DNA of 64,000 nucleotides. It comes from Lytechinus pictus. Taxonomy: Eukaryota. The stretch spans positions 43,588,001-43,652,000 of the forward strand of contig NC_087245.1 of NCBI RefSeq assembly GCF_037042905.1, written 5' to 3'. Positions 54,876 to 64,000 of this stretch are shown here, piece by piece; within the stretch, counting starts at the first letter, position 1; each line of letters opens with the position of its first letter. A model generated the notes under the pieces. The model was not told the origin of the DNA and did not search any database. It was given only the letters and a program-made list of their open reading frames with translations. A program made the position numbers and the translations under genes.

Positions 54876-57800
54876 TTAACTTTCCGTATTCATGAAGCAA
54901 AGTACGCCAAAGAAAGTCCGTCATAAGGAGAAAAACATCCGGACCCTCGTTATTGAACAATATAATTGAATGATCAGACACATGGAGTTCATTGACTACT
55001 CCCACCGCAGTCACATGCCCTTGTAGGCCAGGATTTGATATTTTTCGAGGATGTTGTATCCTGTAGCCAAGTCAACCCCAACAAAAGGTTTATTTGAATA
55101 AAAGAAGAAACATCCAACAAGCATAACATTCACAATTTCATCAAAATCGGATGGAAAATAAGAAAGTTATGACATTTCAAAGTTTCGCTTAATTTCACAA
55201 AAGATTTATATGCACATCCTGGTCGGTATGCAAATGAGCAGACTAATGACGTCACCCACTCACTTATTCTTTTGTATTTTATTATAGGAAATATGAAAAT
55301 TCGAATTTTCTCGTCATTGTCATGTAAAACAAATTATATTCCTTCCATCCATATATGGGAGGAATATATGGAACATATGGAAATACCATTATTTTAACAG
55401 TTTACGGTTAAGTCAAGTTGGTCCTAATTGTTAAAATCTGTAAAATTGTATAATTGAAGCAATAAAAAACAAAATAAATATTGAGTGAGGGACATCATCG
55501 ACTCTCTCAATTGCATATTACTGAGTGGCGCATATAACTGTTTTGTGAAAAATAAGCAAAACTTTAAAATGTCATAATGAAAAATAAGCAAAACTTAAAA
55601 ATGTCATAATTTTCCGATTTTGATGAAATTTTCAGAGTTATGCTTGTTGGATTTTTCTCCTTTTATTTCAAGTCAAATTTTTGTTGGGGTGGACTTGACT
55701 TGACCTTTAACTATTCTGACTCTCATAAAACTGTTTAAGCCCTATCCAATATCGAGATTAGAGCAGTAAATATTGACATTTCAAAGAGACTGCGATCAAA
55801 GTTAAACATAAAACGTGTAAAATGAGGAACTTGTGACATTTAAGGACGTTCCACAGGTTAAAATGAAGTCCATGTCATTTTCACCAAATTTTGCAGAGAG
55901 TTAATACTTTGGTATGTATGTATTATGAAAATGCAAAAAAATAATATAGGTTAATGTGCTTATCATTTCCTACGGGACTTCAAATTCGCCGTATTTGAAT
56001 GATATGAAATGTTGCGCAATCAAGAGAATTATGCATCTCTATACCTCACGAATTCACCCAATAAGTTTAAATCATCTTTACTCTGTCGATATCGCATCAG
56101 ACTTTATCAAACTTTCAGGATATGTGACTAAGTAGGAGAATATTTTTTAATTGGCAAAACCATATCTATTTGGAGTCAGCAGCGCCCTCATTTGACAAGA
56201 ATGGTGCATAAACTTCGAGAATACAAATCTTCAAAAGAAGTTAATCAACTCAAAAATAAAAAATAAAGTTTATTTTAAGCTGCACTTTATTAAAAATCAA
56301 TCATTTTGATCAAATTTTGATCAAAATTAAGCTATAAATACTTTCAGCCCAGACCATCCCCTTTAAACTACAACTTTAAACCTGAGTTTAAGTTAAACCC
56401 GACTTCAGAATACGGGCCTTTGTTTTTCACAAGTTATATGCACAGACATGTCGGGTGAGAAGCAAATCCGGAGGTCAATAACGCGAAATAAAGCTCACTA
56501 TTATTATGTGAAATTCCACTTTTTAAAATTTCAATTGTTTTTTTATAATAAAAACCTCTCCATTGAATCCCAAATATATACCATTACGATGATTTTACAT
56601 GTTCGTTGAGGAGGCGAAGTTTGTATGTTAAACCTTTTTTTAACTTGACCATGATTACTTACAGAAAAGTTGAATATCCTCGTGTCTTTTATTAACCAAA
56701 GAGATCATCTTTTCTAAATCTTTTCTTTATATGAGATAAAATATACCTCTTATGGGCTTAATGAAGTACATGTTCTGCACCCATAAAATAGGCTTTTATG
56801 AATTATCAAGCACTTCTGTAAACATGCTATAAAATGGTCTTCCAATACTATTTTTCTTGTTTAATATAATCTATTGTATGTCTACTTATGAATTTAAATT
56901 TAAATTATGGTATGTTACAATGTTTTTGTTTTAATCCATGCTTTATGTTTAACATATAAATAACTTTATACAAAGAGACGTATGAATCATTTTGATGTTT
57001 TTATTTTCGTCATAACTTTTGGTTTGTATTTATTGTTTAGAGAGCGAGAGGGGCGGAGTTCGTTTTCTTCTCTTATACATTTCGTTCACGGGAGAGGGAG
57101 AAAGTGCACTCTAATATTGTCTTTTGTTTATTCCAAGTATATAGGGTATCATTGACAGACCGAGTGGGAACTTTCTCCAGTAATTTACAGTCTGCCTTGT
57201 CATAATTTATGTGTGTATGGGTGCATGAAATATGTAGGTTTTTATCAAGAGTTCAATTGTATATGAGGATATGAGATAATGTGCGCTTATTCAGATGTGA
57301 GATGGCATACGTGCGAGAAAATGTGTATGCGTTTGATATGTGTGTTAATCGGGGAGGAAGTGGAATTGCTAGGATGTGTGAGGGTGCGCAGAATATGTGT
57401 TTTTATCACGATGAGGAAGGGTCCGCATGGAGTGTGAGAGCGTATGTGGGGAATGGGTGATAAAAGGAGGGTGTGTGTGTGTGTTTCGATCAGGTTTCGA
57501 TCTGCGTGTGAGGGAGGTTGCATGTGAGCGTGAACATGAACTTGAAATATAATGCAGACGATACTGTGATATGTAATTTGAGAGTTAAATCTTGGTTGAA
57601 TGTGGTTGTTGGTTAGATGTGCTCTTCAATGGCTTCCCCTTTCAAAACTGTTAGCAGCTAGTCTGCGGTCTTGCGCATCCTCTATCAAGTTTCATTTTCA
57701 GAAAGCGATCCAATATTAATTGGCCTATATTCTGCAGGTTCAACATAAATTAATCGCTGTTGTAGGCCTATATACCCAGCCTTTCTACCATGAATTCAAA

Positions 57801-58139
57801 ATAAAACTTAATATCAGAACTTTCGGCGAAAATAAAATGTGTACTATGCACCGAGATCTTCTTGTGTGTACCTATACTGATGCGCTTGCCGTTCAGACCA
57901 ATTCCAAGATTTAGCTTTTGTAAGAAAAGTAATTGTATTTTTAACACAAGTAATTTATGGAGACTCAATACATATTCCATGCTTGATTTCTGCAGGAATC
58001 CTGGCGAGAAAGCGTGAATAACGTATATTATCACTGCTTGCTTCTTATCGTGAGTCCTGTCTGTAGGTCTAGGCTCTATGACAGCAGTATGGACTATTCC
58101 TTGCAGTTTTTCATCTACTGCTGTGTTGGCGGTAAGCAT

Positions 58140-59087
58140 TGTTACTACCGATAATGTCGCAGCAACGCATAATGTCGCAGATTGCGACATTGTGCCAAGA
58201 GCGTCCAACTCATAGACCCGAATTCACAAAGGTATACTCTACTATTGTCTATTTATTATTAGTGTTATAATCATCATTACTGATAGAAGTAGTAGTCGTG
58301 GTAGTAGTACCTTATGGTAGTCATGGTAGTAGTACCTTTTAGTAGTAGTAGTACCTTTCAGTAGTAGTAGTATAGTACCAGCAGCAGAAGCAATACTGCC
58401 AGGGTCGTATCTAGTTTTCGACAATAGGGGGTAGGGTGGGAAAACGTTTTCATCCATTATTATTTCATCATTATTACTAATAGACCCGGGTTGAGAAAAT
58501 TAATCATATTGGCATTACAAACGATTATTTCACCATTAAAAACCTGGAAAAAGAATGAAATATGTATTATGTACAATCGGCATTCCCATATGAGAATTGG
58601 AACTAGGGTACTCACTTTTTCTCAATTGAATTTTAAAAAAAAGTTTAAACAAAATATATTGTGAAAGAAATGTTGTGAAATAGTTAAATATGTTCAAGTC
58701 GTTCTATATCCACACACATACAAACCCTTGCATATATATTCATATATATGTGTATGTATGTGTGTGTGTGTGGAGAACTGGAGATATAAATATTATATTT
58801 AAGGAAATCCCTGCCTACATTCCAACACACCCTCACACATACTTTAAAAATCGTTCAGACGAAAGAACTTGAACAAAATACTGTGTGAAAACACATTTTA
58901 TATCTTATCTGTAACTCGAGTATTGAAGCAAATACCGACGTGACATTATGCGTTGCGATGTGTGACGTTATGCGTTTGAAAAGTGACGACATTATGCGTT
59001 GACTGCGACATTATCCGTTGGACACTCTTGGCATAAATGTCGCAATCTGCGACATTATGCGTTGCTGCGGCATTATCGGTTGTAACA
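58140..59087. mobile_element. Ginger-like (TGT...ACA) non-autonomous element in the putative 5'UTR intron of the receptor-caspase gene
   Basis: ~70-bp TIRs TGTTACTACCGATAATGTCGCAGCAACGCATAATGTCGC...; flanks AGCAT/AGCCT (near-identical 5-bp TSD). Confidence 0.65.
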
Positions 59088-59227
59088 AGCCTATGAATGT
59101 TTTTATATCACGCCAGGATCCAACTTTTTTGCCACGTTATCTCATAAAGCCGTATTTGTCCCTCTGCGAACTGGCAATTAAAAGACGAAAAGGGTCAGTC
59201 TGTCTTAAAAAAATAATTGTGTGGATC

Positions 59228-59240
59228 ATGATATTTCTAG
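59228..59240 (+). CDS. Receptor-caspase coding exon 1 (MIFL-); alternative in-frame ATG at 59093
   Basis: atcATG ATA TTT CTA G|gttgat, phase-1 donor. Acceptor cag at 59114-59116; the frame is open upstream (KKIIVWIMIFL). Confidence 0.55.
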
Positions 59241-62200
59241 GTTGATTATTATTATTGTGATTGGAAAATGAAAATATCATGCAGAGTATAATATACATGT
59301 AGCTCAATGAATCTATTGCTTTAGCTTTCCCTATTTGATTCCATTTCATCACCTAAATCTTTTCACGAGATTGTTAGTAGATAATGATGGTACACTCTGC
59401 ATTTTTATATCAATGTTTTTTATGAGTACTCGGAATAGTTTACTAGATAAATGGCGCAAAATAAAAGCGGTGTTTATTATTACTCATTTGTTATGATGTG
59501 CTTTTCCAAGACCTGGATGATTTTGTGTAATGAAGTATGTGCATGCTTTTTACGTTATTTTGTGTAATAAAGTATGTGCATGCTTTTTGGGTTATTTTTT
59601 CAGCTTTGTGTATCTCGTTGACTACATCACAAGGACTCAATCCTGACTTTATAAAACATCTTAACGAGAAAGTTTCGAATTCATTCCAAGAAAGGCGATC
59701 CAATCATGAAGATATATGGAATGGTACGTACTAAACCGTTATTTTCAGGGTTTTTTATGATTTCTTATAGAGATAATACTGCTTGGAAACAAATTTAAAG
59801 TTGTTCATCGTTTTCATCATAACAAGATATTTAATGGGATATCCGTTTATGCCTTTCTAAAATAAATGTTATGTAAATTGCATATAAATAGTAAGCATGT
59901 AAGAGTTTGAGACCGCCATTGATGTTAATCATCCCGTTCAAAATGATACTCTCCTACACTTTTAGAATATGTTAAGAATTTATTTCAAAAGGTTTTTTTT
60001 ATTTTCATGTGCATTATCAAAACATTTTCACACTATATAGTTCTCGTTTCTAACACAGGCATTAGAACAAACACCATTTTGAAAACAAAATGTAAAAGTT
60101 ACAGTTTAAGCCTAAGGGTTTTTATTTAAAATATGATCTCAAGCAAATATTCAGTGTTTTGCTAGTAAGAATTCTCTCAAAGGAACTTGCAGTTTCTTCT
60201 TTTTAAAATTCTGCCTTTAACTGAATGATTTTTCTTGATACTATAAAAGATAATGACGAAGAGGATACATTCAAAAAGATAGTCGGTGTCGTAAAGGACT
60301 TTGGCAAACAGCGAGGAAAGGTATTACTATCTATTTTTTGAACTGATGATGTAATTCGTTGTAAAAATAAAATGTGAAAGTAATCTCTATCCACTTTTTC
60401 ACAATCATCCCGATATTGATCTGAAAGTTATAAGAAGTATAATTTATTGCGAAAAGTTGATAACATCTGACGGCTTTCTTGGAACTGAATTCTCTCGGTT
60501 AATTTGGTACATTTATCACATACCAATTGCTCAGATAAATCTGTCATGACCCAAACACAAGGAATATATCGCATGTCGTTTCTGTTATTAGAAATACCTA
60601 AAGTGGAATAAGCAGAAATGGTTCTATCAGTCAAGAGGATGACAATTGTCATGGCCCCCAACTACACCTTCTCTGATTACCTGGATCAACATGTTCAAAT
60701 AAATTAAGTTTTTATTAAACTGTTTTATGATTTAGACGACAATAGAGGGGCGTGAACTGGCCTATGAGACTCGCTACCGTTTCCATAACCTGAAAGAGGG
60801 GTGGGTGCATGACTGTCGGATGACAGACCTCAAAAGTGGGGTCGAGATCGAGGTCCGACATCGGAAAGGTGAGCTCCAGGTCATTAAGGAAGCTGTGCAG
60901 AAAGTATTTCAAGAACTCGAGAGCAAGGGACTGTTGCTCGAGGACCATGGTGAAACTAATGAGGAAGGGAAATCACCACAAGATGCTAGGGCTCCGCTTA
61001 ATGATTCGGAGTCAACGCCTGATGATGTTGAAGATCCACCACTGGATACCGGGATTCATGAAGATGAAACTGGTAATGTTGCCTTATTTCAAACAGGTAA
61101 ATTCACTGAATGTTAAATGTTCTTAAAATGATACCATATCGGAAGCCAAAGCAAGTACACATTGTTGACAAATATTTTGAAAAGTAGAATACAAATGTAT
61201 GATTTTTATACATTTTTTCACTATATATACCAGCTATATTCTGCCTTATAAATACTTAAAAAAATGCTCGAAAATGTGATTCAAGGGCAATTATCATTAA
61301 CGTCAACTCTATTACGTCATCTCATGTGAAGGAAGTTGTGATTCCCTGTGTTTGAATGTAGAAAAGTTTGATTATTTTCTTGTTTTTCAGCATTCAAATA
61401 AATACACACATAAAATGACTGAGTACTAAAACTAAAGCTTTCCATTCATGTCAAGTCCAAATATTTCTATGTTAGTTCTAAATGCTCTGGTTGTAAAATA
61501 TCAATGTAATCTACAAAAATGAAGAGAATTATTTCGACTTGATTCACGCTATCTCTTGTGCTTTTTCGTTCTTTTATATCCAGGTATATGGTCGATGTTC
61601 CTGAAACATTTCAAACAAGACATTTTTCTACACCCGGAAGTACTCCTTTCCAGAATTGTCTTATGTCTCCTATTATTCTTAGCTGCAATTCATGTTTTCA
61701 AGAGAAAATCAAACCGCCTCTTACAAGTAAGTAGAATTAGTTGATTTTCATTATTCTTGATCATATTAACATCAGTTCTGACAAATGGTAAATTTACAGA
61801 ATGTTAAGTTTTTTTTTTTTTACATATTTGTCAGATGGCCTTTGATCATTAATTTTCAATATTGATGTAATATTACTTTCATTCTTGATTTTCTTTCAGA
61901 CTACCGTTGCGAGATTACTAGTGGGTAAGTTTTAAGAAAGGAAAGTTTTGAAGCCTAGGCTCGATCTTTTTCTTACGAAGATTTACCCTCAATCACGTAC
62001 TTAAAACAACATTTCTAAAAAGCTTCAAAACTCCTTTCTCGTAATTACAAAAAAGTGCATGCAGTAATTATGGTAATAAACTTGATTTGTCATTGCCATT
62101 TTTGCAACTGATTATTACTTCCGCGTAACCCTGGTTAAATGAATTTAAAGAACAGTTTTATAAAGTAATGAAAAATACAAAGTAGGACTAGGAAAAAATT

Positions 62201-63728
62201 AAACCACCGTTTTATTATTATTATGTGCATTTGATTTGGAGTATTGGCTAAGAAAAGGTGGTCAAACCTGTATATGCACTTTTTACAATGCCACTCTTTT
62301 TTTTTTTGGGGGGGGGGGGGCGGATCTGAAATTTGCAGCACCTATAAAATGTGCCGTGATCCAAGACCGGGAAGGTTCAGAATTATGAGTTGCATATTTT
62401 AAAGGTGCAAAGCTTAACGTTTTGCTCACATGCGTCCCCTTAAAAAAAAAAAAACGTACATTTTTTTTCTCGTACATTTCAATTTTCTTGATTTCTTCCC
62501 CCTGACTGTTGCAGATAGATCAAGTACTGGAGCTCTCATAGTTTCCAAACATATCACTCTGAACTCATTCTTTGTTTCAGATGACATTGAACCAGACGGG
62601 GATGGTTTATATAAACATCTTGTAATTAGCCCAGCTACGCCAACCATTCACCAGCTTAATAGTGTCAGGGTATGTATTATTAGCCTCACAAGAATAGCCG
62701 ATTTGCGGACTTTTTGGGGGAGAGGATGTAAAACCGTTGCCTATATAATTTCAAGCATGCATCATTATGTGACTGTCAAGTGAAGAAACAATCACTAGAC
62801 GCACCGAGCTAAAGAGTTAATCTCTATCTTGCATTTGACTTTAAAATTTTCAAAAAGTTTTAAGTTCTTCACTTTCAATTCCATGTAAATTAGCCTATCA
62901 TGCCTATTGTATTTTATAACCTTTCACAAGATTGCAGCACCAGATATATTACATAATGTTACATTCTTAAACCGAAGTCATTGGTTTTATCAAAATTATT
63001 TTGTTATTTTTCGAATATTTTCGGAATACATATATTTGTTTTGTCTTCACCAACAGAACTATGACTCGATGTATCGATCGCCTCAAAAGGGTGTAGCATA
63101 CATTCTCAACAATCGTCTATTCTCTGCAGGCAGAGAACGGAGAGGTTCAGAGGTCGACCTCCAAAATGTACAACATTTATTCACCCAGCTTGGATATGAG
63201 ACTATCATCGATGAGAATTCTACGGCTGAAGTAAGATATGAATCCCAACAGTTTCCCCACCTCAAAGCTTCTTTTAAAAACAATAAATAAACCGAGATTT
63301 ATTAGAAATTAAATAAATTGAATAGATAAACGATAAGAGAATGAATGAATAAATAATATAGACACTTTGTGATTAAATAAATGAAGTAAAAAGTAATTGC
63401 TTGCATGCGTTATGAATAGCCTAAATGATTCCATCTTTAAAAGAAAACAAACCAATATTTGTAAAGTCATACATCAAATGAATTAACTTTGTCTTCCAGA
63501 AAATACGCCACAACTTAGATTCTTTAGTAAGGCGAATCAATCAAGAAGGGGCCAAAATTCACAGTTCTCTGGTTTTGTTTCTGATGAGCCATGGGACTCC
63601 CCGTGGAATTCTGGGTACTGACGAGCTTGAAATATCAATTGAAGAAATCATCGGCCGACTATCCGGAAAGAACTGCCACGCGCTCGTGGAGAAGCCGAAG
63701 ATTGTTTTCATTCAGGCTTGCCGCGGAC
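59228..63728 (+). CDS. Multi-exon gene, 3' incomplete: signal peptide + ALF-like ectodomain + acidic stalk + TM helix + caspase p20. Exons 59228-59240, 59604-59723, 60250-60320, 60736-61096, 61584-61726, 61900-61924, 62515(or 62581)-62669, 63057-63230, 63500-63728
   Basis: All introns are GT-AG, phases chain (1,1,0,1,0,1,0,0,1) and no stop occurs over ~430 codons. Caspase motifs present: KGVAYILNN, RRGSEVD, LMSHG, KPKIVFIQACRG. Hydrophobic VLLSRIVLCLLLFLAAIHVF is followed by KRK. N-terminus is MIFLALCISLTTSQG/LNP. Confidence 0.8.
59604..59723 (+). CDS. Receptor-caspase exon 2 (end of signal peptide, LNPDFIKHLNEKVS...)
   Basis: ttttttcag| ... aat g|gtacgt; phase 1-1; open frame. Confidence 0.7.
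60250..60320 (+). CDS. Receptor-caspase exon 3 (DNDEEDTFKKIVGVVKDFGKQRGK)
   Basis: aag| ... aag|gtatta; phase 1-0, which bridges exons 2 and 4. Confidence 0.65.
60736..61096 (+). CDS. Receptor-caspase exon 4 (ALF-like core + acidic stalk)
   Basis: tttag|ACG ... ACA G|gtaaat; 120 open codons. Ungapped alignment to exon 53797-54012 gives 22/66 identical aa. N-glycosylation sequon NDS in the stalk. Confidence 0.8.
61584..61726 (+). CDS. Receptor-caspase exon 5 (transmembrane helix at 61640-61699)
   Basis: ccag|GT ATA ... CAA|gtaagt; encodes GIWSMFLKHFKQDIFLHPEVLLSRIVLCLLLFLAAIHVFKRKSNRLLQ. Confidence 0.75.
61900..61924 (+). CDS. Receptor-caspase micro-exon 6 (TTVARLLV)
   Basis: Strong ttttctttcag acceptor and g|gtaagt donor; 25 nt, phase 0-1. 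Confidence 0.7.
62515..62669 (+). CDS. Receptor-caspase exon 7 (linker with DDIEPDG); alternative in-frame acceptor at 62581
   Basis: gttgcag| or tttgtttcag| ... AGG|gtatgt; phase 1-0. Confidence 0.7.
63057..63230 (+). CDS. Caspase p20 exon (NYDSMYRSPQKGVAYILNN...RRGSEVD...)
   Basis: caacag| ... GAA|gtaaga; canonical caspase N-terminal p20 motifs. Confidence 0.92.
63500..63728 (+). CDS. Caspase p20 catalytic exon (LMSHG ... KPKIVFIQACRG)
   Basis: ttccag| ... GGA C|gtaagt; His and Cys of the catalytic dyad are intact. Confidence 0.95.
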
Positions 63729-64000
63729 GTAAGTGTACGACTTGTACAGTCATCATTGAAAAGAGTTAGTATATTATGTAAATGCCAGTCACTCACACAA
63801 AAAGTTCACGGAGGGGATAGCATTTCACTGAAATTTGCAGGGAAAAACTCCGATGAAATCAAAACCTTACAAACAAAGTTAGTTTCGTGCATGTACATTA
63901 AAACTCCGTTTTGTAGCCTACCCTTCGCCTTCGATGGACCCCCGGGGGGGGGGGGGGCAGTGCAAGACGTGGGCGGCCACCAGCCGTCTCGCAAAGATGT

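Overview
AT-rich animal genomic DNA (repeat types suggest a marine invertebrate, probably an echinoderm; this is inference), mostly transposon-derived. Manual splicing recovers two paralogous + strand genes that the ORF track does not show as genes. (1) A 114-aa signal-peptide protein resembling anti-lipopolysaccharide factor (ALF) and ending in the ER-retrieval motif RDEL, with exons 15016-15064, 16382-16461 and 53797-54012. Its second coding intron is ~37 kb and is filled by a self-nested array of Helentron-type non-autonomous elements that carries an 11.4-kb CACTA/EnSpm-like insertion. (2) About 5 kb downstream, a gene with at least 9 coding exons (59228 to beyond 63728) encoding signal peptide + ALF-like ectodomain + acidic stalk + transmembrane helix + caspase p20 with intact SHG/QACRG; the p10 exons lie beyond the window. 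Together they suggest a transmembrane receptor caspase paired with a soluble ALF-like partner. Also present: a disrupted L2/CR1-group LINE, a Penelope-like fragment with a minimal hammerhead ribozyme, and many non-autonomous DNA transposons. All calls are by-eye; no searches were run.
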